A DNA stretch of 64,000 bases from the NCBI GenBank assembly GCA_964016885.1, contig OZ024740.1, positions 386,260,001 through 386,324,000 of the forward strand, written 5' to 3'. Source of the stretch: Eledone cirrhosa (Eukaryota). The notes beneath the pieces are model-generated. The model saw only the letters and a program-made list of their open reading frames with translations. It ran no database searches and had not been told where the DNA came from. Both the position numbers and the translations under genes were made by a program. This document shows, piece after piece, positions 20,913 to 34,295 of this stretch. Every line of letters starts with the position of its first letter. Position 1 is the first letter of the stretch.

Positions 20913-20945
20913 CTTCCCGGGTAGAATACTCAACAATTTCTTGGT
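20913..20945 (-). CDS. Host-gene small exon (33 nt, phase 1/1: xQEIVEYSTREx)
   Basis: Acceptor attttgcttccttcag| and donor AAG|gtaatt. Phase-compatible with the exon at 19441-19604. Confidence 0.6.
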
Positions 20946-21799
20946 CTGAAGGAAGCAAAATATCCCACACAAGGGAACATTAGAATTGTTGCATCAAAAA
21001 CAAACTCTGCATTAACATCTCAAGCAGAGATGATGTAAAATTGTGATGCTAGTATTTAAACCACTAGGCCATCACATGCAACACAATAGTTAACAGATTT
21101 TACTGCCTGCTAATGGCAAAGTAGATTACAGAATCTTAGATTTTAATTAAAAAAATAAAAATCTTGTAATTAACATATTGTAAGAAACATGACAACCCAA
21201 ATCCAAAATAGAGAGAAAAAGGAAACACATTGTGTTTGCCTGATTTTTAATTATTGTTATCTGCATACCACAATCTTATCTTTCTATTGCCTTTAGCTAT
21301 ATGAACACAACATATCCTTTATTCTATAAACATATCTTCACCATATGATTTTGATAAATTGCTATATTTGACAAGATGTTTGACGTCATTTTAATATCTT
21401 AACAATTGACAAAACTACAATTTTAATGATTTGATTTGATTTCTTTTCTTTTCTAAACATAAAAATTAATTCCATTGAAATTTATCCACTTATGTAAATA
21501 TTGTTATTTTATACAGTTTATTGAAACACAAAAACAATCTAAAGTAAAATATGTAAAAGCAAAGCTGTTGGTATTTAAATAAACAAAACCAGATCCCAAA
21601 TATTCAGCCAGCTATTATATTATAGGGTTTTATGATAATCATGGCTTTTTTAAGTATATTTGCAATGCAAGCAAAATGAGATGGTTACTGCTAGGAATGG
21701 AAATTTAGTTGTGGACTTAGCTTACAAGGAACTAAAAGAAATTACTATATAAATAACGGATTGATATTATCACAATAATGTGATTGAAATTGTACAACC

Positions 21800-22220
21800 T
21801 ATCACATGGTTGGGTCAATGATGACAAAACCAGCAACCCCACCAAGCTTGTTTGGTAAGGAGGGTTTTTGAACACTGAAGGATGGAAAGCAAAACCAATC
21901 AAAGGGTGGAGGAACTCAAAAGTCAATGACCATCCAATATGGTGTAAAAGAAAAAAAAACAACAGCCTTGGTTAGGAATCTGTCTGGCAGAATGATCACT
22001 CTCACTTGGTTAGGAGTCTGTCTAGCAGAATGATCACTGACTTCAAAACAGGTGTGAATGGGACTCCTTAGTCACTTTTGTGACAACCTTTCATCCACCT
22101 TCATCTTTATTTTGAAGGTGGATGAGCTGCAGCGCAATAGCCAGCTTCCGGGTAACAGTCAGATGAAGATTTTGGACCCACCAATGTCACCTTTTTTCCC
22201 CAATGGGAATCGTGGACACA
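21800..22220 (+). mobile_element. Possible 5' UTR relic of a different RTE-like LINE, with a 38-bp tandem duplication and a hairpin
   Basis: ggttagg..tctgtctagcagaatgatcactgacttcaaa resembles RTE 5' UTR motifs as I recall them. Duplication at 21967-22040. 13-bp stem tcatccaccttca/tgaaggtggatga at 22091-22125. Confidence 0.3.
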
Positions 22221-23092
22221 CATCATATAAATGAGTTTTGGGCTAGATGGCATGGGCTAGACAGGTTGTTACAGACCAAGTAAGTACTTTATTGGAGCTA
22301 CTGTCTTTTTTAATGGAGCAGTGTACCACATCTAGTTCAGATATATTTCATTCAGGCATGCTTTCTACTCTGGGTGCACCAATGAGCAAATTGGTCAATT
22401 CTCAGTTTAAATATATCATTTAATTAGCTTTAAGCTTTTAGTATGCAATTAGCTGGAACAGAATTACAATTTTTATTAATGATTTCATTACCGTTTTAAT
22501 TTATTATATAGAAGTAGCTCTAATTAAGTATTGATTTGGTCTGTGATGACCCATCCAACCCTTGCTAGCAGAGAAAACAAACCTAAGATGATAAAGGAAA
22601 AATAAAAATGGTAATATATAATTGTATTAAGTTAAAATGTTTTTAAATGATGATGATGATGAAATAGTGCAAAGCAACCTGAAATATATAAAAATATTTT
22701 ATGCAGGAAATAAACCTACCACTGAGTTTATTATATATATGACAAAAACAGAAGGCTTTTTTTTTTTTTTTTTTTACTATCTGATGAAATAAGACAAGTC
22801 TTCATCATTTCCCAATCTATAATCTATACTTATGTCCTAATCATAAATAAAATAACAATAGACATTTTTACAAAATCAAATATGCACCAATTCAACAAAA
22901 TATTGTTTTCTTATTTTAACCCTTTTGTTACCACCTGAAACTGCCCTGGTTTTAGGACATTTGAAAATGTTCATCCTTATATTTAGGACATTTGAAAATG
23001 TTCATCCTTATATTAAAACCTTTCATCATGGTTTTATTTTAGAATTTTTCTTTAGTAAAGTTCACTAGCTTACAAGTGAAAAACTTAACATA

Positions 23093-23490
23093 TATACTGA
23101 AATATAAGCCGATTCAAATATAAGCCGACTCTCTATTTTATGTCTGAGATTATGAAGTTTTAATATTTTGATATTTAAAATGTTTTAAGTGTCATTTAGA
23201 GTATAGCTTTTGTTTCACAACTCCATTACATAATGATTTTCACCAATTTCCAACTGTTTTGAAGGCCATGTTCATATTTTTTGAAATAGGAAATATGAAT
23301 TTCACATCGAAAGAGAAACCAGTGTAATATTCACCTCCAAAGCAAACATATTTTAGCACCTCATTTACATAAAATTTTGAAGTTGGTGAAAATTAGCAAA
23401 ATATTGACCTCAAATATAAGTCACCACCACCATTATACCCCCACCCACCCCACCGACAACACATATTTCTCAGCTTATATACAAGTATTT
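23093..23490. mobile_element. Tigger/pogo-type MITE relic; related left end at ~51963
   Basis: Tandem aatataagccga motifs at the left end and cagcttatatacaagtatt at the right end. Confidence 0.55.
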
Positions 23491-23493
23491 TGT

Positions 23494-23612
23494 GAAGGTG
23501 CATGGCTAAGTGGTTAGAGAATTAGATTCGCAATTGTGAGGTTGTGATTTTAATTCCCAGACCAGGCAATGCGTTATGTCCTTGAGCAAGACACTTTATT
23601 TCACATTGCTCC
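23494..23612 (+). mobile_element. SINE-B-related head and CORE-like segment only
   Basis: catggctaagtggttagag...ccttgagcaagacactttatttcacattgctcc. Confidence 0.75.
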
Positions 23613-26600
23613 TTCTGCCTGGATTTGCAACCGACAGACAGCATTAGCAATTGGAAAGACCAATGGAAACATTGTTTCCTTGGTCTGATTTGACAAGCTC
23701 CACCCCACTTGTAAGGCAAATGAGGCTTGTGATCTTGTTGATATACAAGTATATATAGTAGTTATTTTATTAAATTCTTCCAAATTTTTGATTATTTTTA
23801 GAACTATATTAGAAATACAACAATGAAAGGGTTAAATATATAACCAAATGGATTTTAATTGGCTGAATCAACCATGGCATATTGCTTGAACTTATTTCCT
23901 CAATCTGCAATAATGAAGATAAACCCCACCCACTCCCACTAGAATTTAAAGTCAAGGTGTACAGATGGTTATAATACAGAATATAATATGGCACTATTCA
24001 TTCTGCTAACTCCTTTCCTCCCATTCTAGTATGTACCTGTTTATACCAAACCACCCGAAACTGCCCCTGGTTATATGATACAAAGCGGTTTATTTTAAAA
24101 CATTTATATTTATCTAAAACTCTTCTATTATAATTCTATGTAAGAACATTCATATAGCTATATCCCAATTACCAACTTGAGAAAGTTATATTACAAAATC
24201 TTCATTATTTTCAAAATTATTTGAAAATTACAGGCAGTGCCATTCATTAGAAGTATGGAAATGAAAGGGTTAACAAATAAAATACTAAAAAGGAGAAAGA
24301 ACAATAATTCAGGGCAGAAATACCTCATATCTACTCCAGTAAGAAAGAGTTGTCATGGTCATACTTAAACAGTTCTCGCTAAATGAAACGCACACACACA
24401 CACACAATGTTCTCGTGAAGACTCTGGTGCTTACTGTAAAATCATGTTTATTGATCAACACAATTTATATATTAGTATATATGTACAATTTATATAAAAT
24501 AACGAGATAAAAAGTGAGAGAAGACTTGCGTACTCTATCACATACCACAATAATGGGTGCTGAGGGTTCCCACTAATAATTTTTTAGGTAAGCCAACACA
24601 CAGTATTGCAATAGGTGATAGTGAGGCTAAGGTGCTGGAATAACCAAGCACCATAGTGGGCATCAACAAATACATCAGTAAAGCGAGCTGTCAACAATGA
24701 CAAAAACCTCATTGTCAGCAGCCGAGCTCCCCCAAACACCTAAAAAATAAACAACAGCTAAACAACAAGTTGATATATTAAAATAGCATTCCTCTTAATG
24801 ATAAGATTGGAGTCCCTATAATTAAAGAACTAAAGAAACCTCCTATGTGATGCAACCTCATAGGAGGTCAGTTAAATCTATGCAGTTATGAGCCATAACA
24901 TTCCTCCTACATATCATCATCAGGTTCCCGCAACATGTGCAGCCAGTAATTGGGGTGCTGAACTAGACGTTTTTGCAGTTAGCAGTCACCATTGGTCTCT
25001 ATCCTCCACCATGCATAGAGAGGCTGTGGTGTTGCAGCCTGTCAGTCCTTGATGTTGTTGGACTACGATTTTCTTTGCCTCTTTTTTTTCATCTTCCTTC
25101 AACTGTGTTCTGAAGGATGGTTTTATATAGGGAGTTGTGGCAGGATACATGACTATAACTGGAGAACTTCCATCTTTGTACTATCCTCTTACATGCCTCA
25201 TCTTAAAATTGCAGACCACATCCATGAGATACTATCACAAACAAGACCAATACAGATGAAACAGCAACAACAGTAGTTGAAGATTCAATTATCTTTGTTA
25301 TTTATGTTGGAATTCCTTTCTTCTCTTGTCCATTAAAAAAAAATTATTTTCATTTAATTTTCATTGAAATGCATTGAGACAGTTATAAGAATATGATTCC
25401 AAAGTTGAATGTTAACTTGAAACTGACTGCATAAGTTATAAACAGACATCAGGGAAATCATAGACAAGATATTTTGATGATAAAGAAAAAGCTGTGTATT
25501 CAAAAGCAAAATGAAAAAAAGAACACTTCCTTCTCTAGTGGTAACAAGGATCAGATTAATTAATATCTAGCAGCAATGCTGAAAGTAGTGGTAGTGGTGG
25601 TGGTGGTAGTAGTAGTAGTAGTAGTGGTGGTGGTGGTAATAGTAGAACTATGAGAAAGAGAGAAACTGGAGAAAAAACAAATACTGCAAAACAATACATT
25701 TACATAATATAAAAGGTAGTATAACAGTAGTTGTGAGTATGTGTGTGTATTTCTATGTGTGTGTTATTGATTTAGTATCTATTTAGACACACACATGAAC
25801 ACAGATAGACACAAGCATAGTTTTTCACTGTAAAAAGAAATCAATAGAAGAATATAGAAACAATGTCCTAAGATATCGATGGTCAGAACCTCCACAACTT
25901 AACAGCAAAAGGTTAACGAGTCTGTTCAGTGCAGGAAATCGTAAGCCAAGCTATCTTTCCACATTAAGCCAACATGATTCTATCCAGTTTAATATTTACA
26001 ATATATAGTTCATGTGGTTCAGTCCTAAATATTCTAAACTTCAGTAACAGTCCACACAAAACATTGATATTACTAACATTAATCATCGTCATCAACATTA
26101 TTTAACATGTTTTTCTTGCTAGCAAGAATTCAATAAGTCATCACAGACCAAGTCAATAATTAATCAGAGCTACTGACCTCTGATGGGCCAGCGGACCTGC
26201 ATTTCACAGGACACATTTTATCATGGTACCTTTTCAGACAGACCACGGGTCCACATTTCACTTATGTTCCTGTACACTACCAAGTGCATCAGATGCATTT
26301 TATCATGGCACCAGCATTAGGGAAGTTGTCATGTATTTGACACATGTAAGGAGGAGTCCTATTAAAATATAATAAACTATACTTTATGAATTGTTGGCAA
26401 CAGCCTCAAATTTAATTTCTGAGAAAATCCCAGCTGATCAAATGACATTTTGATTAATGACTGCTAGCTCTATACTGTACCCTAAATGCAAAAAGGGAGC
26501 ATAAGAGCATAACTAGATAGAATTCATCAATGTTCAGAACAAAGAGTGGAGAATTTTGTAAATTGCAACCTAGGCCGAATCTTATGATGGAATTGGAATA

Positions 26601-27012
26601 GGCAACTGGAAATGATTCAAAAACATATCCTGTTAGAACCACAGTATAAAATTGAAGCTTTCAGTATTTCAGTAACCCAGTGGTTTAGAAGGCATTACTG
26701 TTGTAATATATGATTACCTTTAGGGGACAGCCTATTGAAGTATTATGGCAGTAAACTAATTTGTGTAAGCTAGCTTAACTCACATGATAGTAATCTGTGG
26801 TAATAGAGGTCAACTCAACTCTTCAGTAATTAATACAAATGTAAAAGAAAGTTAAAAAGCAAGCTGGTATTTATTCCAATTCTTTCTATTCTCAAATAAA
26901 ATCATGTCACGGTCAACTACACCACTCAGTGGACTGACAATTGTAAGAGGACTGGACAAAATGCTTTGCAGTATTGGTTATAGCTTTTTTTACATTCTGA
27001 GTGCCCAGACAG

Positions 27013-27562
27013 GTGTGAAAGACTTGTTTGTATCTAGACAAATAGATTGTTTAACAGGTATTGGTTATAGAGTAGTCGCCACTTTAACAGGGTAGATGAT
27101 TGAAGGTCGTTAGTTGCCAGTGTGGTAAGTGATAGTATCCTCGTTGGATTATCTTGTTGACATAGACGTGAGGGAAGGTCCCTCGATCTATTTACCATCT
27201 ATTTACAATATTCCTTTCGTCAGGTCGCCAATTCCAGCAGCATAGATTAAAGATGTTATTGTGACACGAGTAACATAATAACGATTTCAACAGCAGCAAT
27301 TAGAGATGAAATGTCTGTTTATTTATATGGTTGAAGTTACAGGTAAAAAGAGGTAACAAAAGGGAATGTGCCATTGCGCTGTTAAGCCGGCGAGGCTAGG
27401 GGTGCAATATCTCACTGTTACATTATGCGTGTTGCTGGCTTGAAGTTTCCGGTACAAGAGAGAGATTCTTCAAATCTTCGCGGGGAATTTCTTCCTCAGG
27501 GCGCGTAGGGATACATCCTCTTCTACTGGCGCTGATTGGTTGAACTGAGCCAAATCACGCAC
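27013..27562 (-). mobile_element. LTR-retrotransposon-like fragment
   Basis: CpG-rich 550-bp block bounded by TGTG...CACA. The minus strand carries AATAAA (~27320) and a PBS-like TGGCGACC (27229-27222). No TSD found. Confidence 0.4.
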
Positions 27563-28944
27563 AGAGAATGTATGTGAGCCTGCGGAATGTAGGTCACTAC
27601 AATTGCATCGTGTAAAAAATACCTGATGGAAGGCAACAGTAAACCACCTTTATATTCTCCGACAACAATTCTACAACAAGCACATATCATTTGTTAAAGA
27701 AATCACCGGGGGTTATTCACTAAGTACCTGATAGTGCAGGAAAAAAATGAGTTATTTCAAGACATAAACATAGTATAAGTTAAAATGTATGTCTTCTGAG
27801 CCCCAAGGAGCTTTTGAAGAACCAGTACTCGGCTAGTTTTATGGCATTAATAAAGTAAAATATAAATCTGCCACATGACAGGGTACCAGTCTATTACTAG
27901 CAACATTGCCAAATAATGAGATACCTAAACTTGCCAATCAGGTGAAATGGGGCAATGAAGAATAAAATGCTCTACTGTTTTAGATGTTATATTTATTTCA
28001 GGACACATAAATTATGAGCAAGTAGTTCAATATCAGTTGTCTCACCACTACAATGACTATATTGGAATAATTTCTGTCAGTAAACACTGAGTGAGCTAGA
28101 ACATTTTGAGAAATAAGCTCAACTACTTTGTAGTAAACAAATTGAATTGTGTGAGGAGCTCAAGCTCTATGTTGCTGAACACATTAGAAGGAGCAAATTT
28201 AACTTACTGCACAAAACAAGTAGTAGCATAGTAAATTTTGATTATAACAGCTGAAAGATTAGTGAATTATCTTCACAGACAAAGGGATTATCTCTCCATA
28301 TGAAATGGGTGTCAGATGTACCAATGACAATTAAAAAAAAAAAGCACAGAACAAAACAGAGATGAATTAAACAGACTAAGGTCAGTATAATCTGTGATAA
28401 GTAGTTTGAATCTAATAGACTGCATTGCTTAAAAGTCAAAGGTTTTAGATATTCAGAAAAAGAGAGGAGTATAAAGAGAAAAAACTTTGGTGGTGTGGAT
28501 TTGTTGCAAGAATAAACTATGAAATGTATGATTTAATCCTTTTGAGCTATACTTGTCACAGAGCCAGTATTGATCTCTCATTTCAACAAACATTTAACCC
28601 TTTGAAAAGAATATAAAATTCTGCAAAATATCTGAAACACAATATTTTTTAAGAGATCAGTTCTGTCCTTATTTTATACAATATGGGATAATAGACCAAT
28701 TCAGTTTTCTTATAAAGATAAGCCAAAAGCAAAAGAAGTTTTACCACCCCCATCAGAAGCTAGTTTATTTTTCCAATTAGGTTATCTAAAAGTTATGGAT
28801 GTTGTTGTTAAGTAGTCCTGGTTAGCATTGCTTGCATAAACTTATGGTCATAGAGCTAAAATCATTCAACTAATTGTTATACTGTTTTCATTGAAATATT
28901 CCATGGTTTAAAGTATTTGTTTTGTTTGTTTTTTTTCTTTTCAA

Positions 28945-29300
28945 TACCTTAGCCAGGAAGAATGGGCTGTGCCTATGGTTTTTACAGGCCATTCAAAATT
29001 GATGAGATGATACAGCAGATATGCAAGGAAAACATTGATGAAACCGGAATTTGTTGAGTTGACAGACTCTAGGGAAGGATTGGCAGAATTATTACAGCAT
29101 GAATGATGTCCAGCAGGCCTGGGTGGCAGCAGTAGTATGTAATTAGTTGGTCGAAAGGAGCAGGGACAGTTGTAGTAACAACAGAAAATGCAGAGAAGAC
29201 TGCATATCAATGGGGTAGGGGGAGCCCAGAAAGTGTAGCATGCTCTGAGCCAGATGGTCTCTTTTAGAATGTTCTCTAGGATATTTGAATTGTAGACTTA
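28945..29300 (-). pseudogene. Decayed CR1/L2-like LINE ORF2 C-terminal relic
   Basis: Broken translation ..ILENILK..IWL.. H*YAV/SLCIFCCYYNCPCS..LLLPPRP resembles the HRR..SL..FY.YY.G.CS motif of CR1-group RT tails. Confidence 0.45.
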
Positions 29301-29469
29301 ATATTCTATTATGATTCTCACTTGAGCTTTGTAATGGGTCACCGACTAATTGGAGCTGAACTATTTCCTGTTATTACAGCTTGCATCTCAGAGAAGGTAT
29401 CTTGGTTGTTTTAATGATAGTGGCCCCAGCCCTATCATGTCACCATTTTTCTGGATTTGAATTCAGAAT

Positions 29470-29797
29470 GGAGGCACATGGCTTAGTGGTTAGAGCATTG
29501 GCCTTGCAATAGCAATAGAAAAGTTGTGAGTTCAATTCTTAGACCGGGTGATGTGTTGTTTCCTTGAGCAAGACACTTTATTTCACATTGCTCCAGTTTA
29601 CTCAGCTGTAGAAATGAGATGATAGAGACTGGGATCCCTATCATTCCACTGTAAAGTGGTCGTGTAGGCCCCACGGACAAAAAGCACCCAGCACTCACTG
29701 TAAATGAGGTTGGTGTTAGGAAGGGCATCCAGCTGTAGAAATCAAGCCAAAATCAGTTGCCATCCCACCCTTGCAAGCAGGGAAAAGCGGACGTAAA

Positions 29798-29832
<35 letters not shown>
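29470..29832 (+). mobile_element. SINE family B, inserted into an older SINE-A
   Basis: Full head to long (ATG)n tail. gaatgga is repeated at both junctions. The flanks rejoin as ggatttgaattcagaat|ggaaagaac. Confidence 0.92.
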
Positions 29833-29835
<3 letters not shown>

Positions 29836-32800
29836 TGGAAAGAACTAGAACAGATACCACAAGCCACCCCAATCAATGTTCTAAAAATTCCACTAATCCA
29901 CAGCCCTTGACTGATACTTTATTTATTGACCTTGAAAGAGTGGTATGGAAAGTTGACTAGAGGGATATAACTTCAAAGTGCCGCTGAGACCTGGAACAAA
30001 TACTGCAAGGCATTTTATTGATGCTCTAACGATGCAGCCAATTTATCACCTATATATTCTGGCTATTTTCTAGCTATACTATTTCTCATGTTGAAGACAC
30101 TGGTGCACATGTTGAGAGTTATTTGGTTGCTACATCGAAAAGGTTGAATGGATACAAAGAATCTCTTTTGTTGTTTCCAAAGGTAAATAAGAGAGATATG
30201 AGTAGTGTTTAAAAACACAATTAATTGCAGTAATGTGTGAATTTATAAAGCTCTGAACATTAAATTTAAATGAATAGAAGTTAAAAGCAGGTAGTAGTTG
30301 TTAGACAGAAATGTACCAAGTGAAATTTTGGAATGTCATACCTGAAACTAATTTAAAGGTTTGATGAAAGAAATGGCCTGAGTGGTATTACATTTTGATC
30401 ACACATATGCACATGCATATGTGCATGTGCATATATGCAATCCTTTCTTTTATGTTAATATTTACAGGGATACTTCAATTTATGAAACTATTTTCTTTTC
30501 TTTTTTTACTCACTTTGTCTTAAGATTACATACATCCACAAACTAGGTACATGGATTTTATACAAACCAGGAATAAACCAGAACTAGTTCCAAGCCATTT
30601 TTTCCTCGCCCTCCACCCTAGGCACTAGACTATGTTTATAAATTGGAGAGAAAGGCAACTGGCTCAAGTTCCATATGTTACTAGTACTTATTTTATGGAC
30701 ACCAAAAGAAAAAGAAAAATTACTTCTATATGAAACTGAACAATGAAACAAGGGATACAAAAGTAAGGACTATTACTTATATAATCCACCTTTCTACCAA
30801 GAATTAATAGTATTCTTTTCCTTTAACTACCAAGTCCTTTATAATAAGGAATTGAATGCTCTCTCCATCACTATCTTACTGGTATTTCTTTTATCAACTT
30901 TAGTATATATATATTTCTGATTTTTTTGTTAGTTACTCTGGGAAAGAGCATCCCCACACACTTTTAAGACTCTCATAAATAGTCAAAATATGAGCCACCA
31001 AAGATTTGGTATTACCAACTAATGAATGTATTTTATGTTAGTATCATTTCTTCCTTCTTCACCTGTCCTTTTCTCTCCTCTCATCCTGTAATATAACAAT
31101 TCTTTAAAATTTATGATACTCAAAGTTGTGTAGTATAAGACCACATAATCCAGAGTTCAAATTTTACGACTACAACTTTAGTAGTGTGCTTCTCAGAAGG
31201 ACATAATTCGACATGTTTTACCCTTCCAAGAAAACTAGGCAACTAGTTCTATTATTAATCTACAGTAGAGGTAGAAAGCTGGGTAAAATGTTATGCAGTA
31301 TTTGGGTACGACTTTCTACGTTTTGAGTTCAAATCCCGCCAAGATCAATTTTGCCTTTCATCCTTCTAGAGTTGATAAAGCCCTAGTCAAGTACTGGGGT
31401 CGATATAATCAACTTTTCCCTTCCCTCAAATTGTTGGGCTTATGCCAATATTAGAAATAATAACTACTTCACAGTAGAGTCCATTAAGGGTAGAAAGAAT
31501 ATCCAGCTATAAAATATTGACCATGTAGTGTACAAAAATATCTGAATTTGCAAAAAGTACTCAAACTGAAATAGAAAAATAAACAAAAATTAGCATATAA
31601 AAAAGGGTAAAACATTATTTCCAAAGATGTGGCTGAAATTCTTAGAATAGCAAAGCATACTAAATTACTTGTTAAATACAAAATGGAAACAGAACAAAAT
31701 AAATATTGATATTTTCCTATCTTCAGAACACATAGTTTGTCTTTATGGACAAATTTAATCTAAGTACAGGTTAGTTTCAGAAGAATATCAGAGCCTATGA
31801 GGAGACAAGTTTAGATATTTTCAAACTTCCCCCCATAAAATTCTCTAAATTCAAACAAGAGAAAGAAAATACATTAAAATAGAATACACATATAAAGAAA
31901 TTTCTACATCAATCTAGAATTGGTTTCTACACTGTTGACAAAGTTATTGATTATAAGGCATCACACAAAAAGAAAAGTAAGAGCATTATACGTTAATGAG
32001 ATAAACCAATTTACATTAGAGATTTTTAAAAAAACAGAACTGAAAGAACTGCCCAACACCAATATAAATACAATGCGAACATAACTCAGATATTGTTTAT
32101 GAAGTCTTGTCATCAAAAACACACAGATTGACAAACAGAAAAAAAAAGTAGGGAAAATCCATGAGCTGTTTGTAGTAAGAAATACCAAGTCAATGATAAA
32201 GTGGTATTGAACAATTCTTCAGAATATTTTTAAATCAAATATCATCTACTTCAATGAATCAGAATTTCACATGAATAGAATGAGAAATAAATGCTTGAAC
32301 ACGTTATAAACTATAGATAGAACTTTTCAATTGAAAAATTAACTTTAGATCTCACCAGCTCTATAGCAGCTTTATTTTCCATTCAAATTCAATAAGAAAT
32401 TCTTTCAGACACCACTAAAATTATTTTTTTTTTTTTTTACAACTATATTTTTAATGAAAGATAACAACACCACTGAGTACATTTTCTAGATAGTGAGAGT
32501 CAATTTCAACTAACCTAAATTAACTAATAACTAACTAGATTTGATTAGCTAAGGAGATTCTTCTTTAACAGTCTTCTTAATTGGAATAAACAAGATGTTT
32601 GAGAATACATAAATAAGTAGGCTAGCTTGATTCATCATCATCATTGTTTAACGTCTATTTTCCATGCTAGCATGGATTAATAACAGAAATTTCACATCAA
32701 CTGCAGCAAGAGTAATGTTGCAACTGTTAGTGTAACTACCAAGGACTGTATAATCCAAAGAGGAGAGCTCTACATTGTCACTCAGCCTGCTAGAAACTGT

Positions 32801-33012
32801 AGACAAATCTTCCTCAAACTCCATTCTAAAGCTATACATAAGTATAGGCACTATAACAGATAATGTAATTCTTCATATCCCTTAAAGATGGGATCATCAT
32901 AGCTCTACTCAATCAGGGTTGATCTGGGGCTAAACAACAATAATAAGGACTGCCAATTTATTTGGTCAACCATTGGAGAAGGTAGTTAAAGTTCTGTTAT
33001 TTATGTATCTGG

Positions 33013-33511
33013 TGTAATGGTTCTGAGAACAATGCGGCTTAGCAGATGATCAATGCAAATTGGCAAAGAAAAGCCACTCCCACTCGAGTTAGAAGAGAAC
33101 TATTAACCTTCAGGAGAAGCAGCGACCTCCGATTGTATCCAGCAACCGAAACAAATATGAAGTACACCAAATCCAATGCTCCTTGGGGCGGCCCTGGTTC
33201 TTCTTATTTGCGAGTATAAACTTGGCCAGATTAGATATTAGATTTATTTATGTGGTTTAATTGAAGTCAAAACAAAGACAGAATATAACGTAGGATATGT
33301 TGTAGCAAGAAGCTCTCTCTTTCTCTCTCAAACGAGGAATGTTAAGTAGAAGGAGATTCTAAGCAAGATTCAACACACTGTCTCTATGTGCAAAAAAATG
33401 CAAATGCTTCCTAAACTGGGAGGGGGAAGATTTTATGAGTTACTGCCTTGTTGTTTCATAGTGTTAATCTGATGAAAGATAAACCTCCTGGATAATCTGC
33501 TCCTTTATCAC
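33013..33511. mobile_element. Possible solo LTR
   Basis: ~500-bp compositionally distinct block bounded by TGTAAT...ATCACA. No TSD found. Confidence 0.25.
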
Positions 33512-33569
33512 AACTACCTATTAGCAATAATTATGTAAACTGAAGCTGGGGCAACAACATAAGGTGCCC

Positions 33570-33886
33570 TTAACCTCTTCAGTGCTGTAGACGAGATAAC
33601 TCGTCCTAACATGAATGCATTCCAATGCCAAGGACCAGATAATTCATCCTCAAATGTTTGAAGACTTTTCCAACAGTTTATAACTTCAAAGTTAGGAAAT
33701 CATTTACAAAAGTTTATAACTACAAAGCTAGATGGGGTTATTAGTTTATTGATGTGACATTTGTCAATCATTCAGATAGTGTTGTTAATAAATGTTTGTT
33801 TAAAAAAATAGACATTTTACTGAAGAAAAAAAAAACAGCACAGCAACTGTAGCTGTGTAAAATACATGCAGCAGTCAACAGGTTAA
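33570..33886. mobile_element. TTAA-bounded MITE
   Basis: TTAA-CCTCTTCAGTGCTG ... CAGCAGTCAACAGG-TTAA imperfect TIRs. Confidence 0.55.
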
Positions 33887-33992
33887 ACAAATTTCACTTC
33901 TACTTCATATTTGATTAGTTAGCCAAAAAGGGACATTCAGCTATGAAAACAATTACTCTAACCTGCAAATTACTAAATCTTTACTCTTCCAC

Positions 33993-34024
<32 letters not shown>

Positions 34025-34078
34025 AGTGTATGGTAGCATGGAAAAATGGATATAAAACAAACAAAAAATGTGAACTGT

Positions 34079-34295
34079 TTAACTCTTAACATCATGTGCT
34101 GCATGAAACTAATTTACCAAGACATTCTGTGAAAGTACAAAACAACATGATGACTGCATCACATTGTAAAACTAAAGTCTTTACATACACACAGAAAATT
34201 TTCACAGTCTGTCCACTAGTAAAGATACTATAAACATTTGAACAAATTCATTTTAAACATTTTCAGCTAAATCATTACAGGGTGTTAAGAGTTAA
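34079..34295. mobile_element. MITE M3
   Basis: TTAACTCTTAACA ... TGTTAAGAGTTAA perfect inverted ends including the TTAA. Confidence 0.75.

Noticed and set aside
24323-24377. Minus-strand exon candidate (ENCLSMTMTTLSYWSRYE)
   Set aside because: Ends in phase 0, which is incompatible with the phase-1 reading needed downstream, and has no other support.
30338-30350. Recursive splice site (tttcag|gtatg on the minus strand)
   Set aside because: The motif alone is common and cannot be supported without nascent-RNA data.
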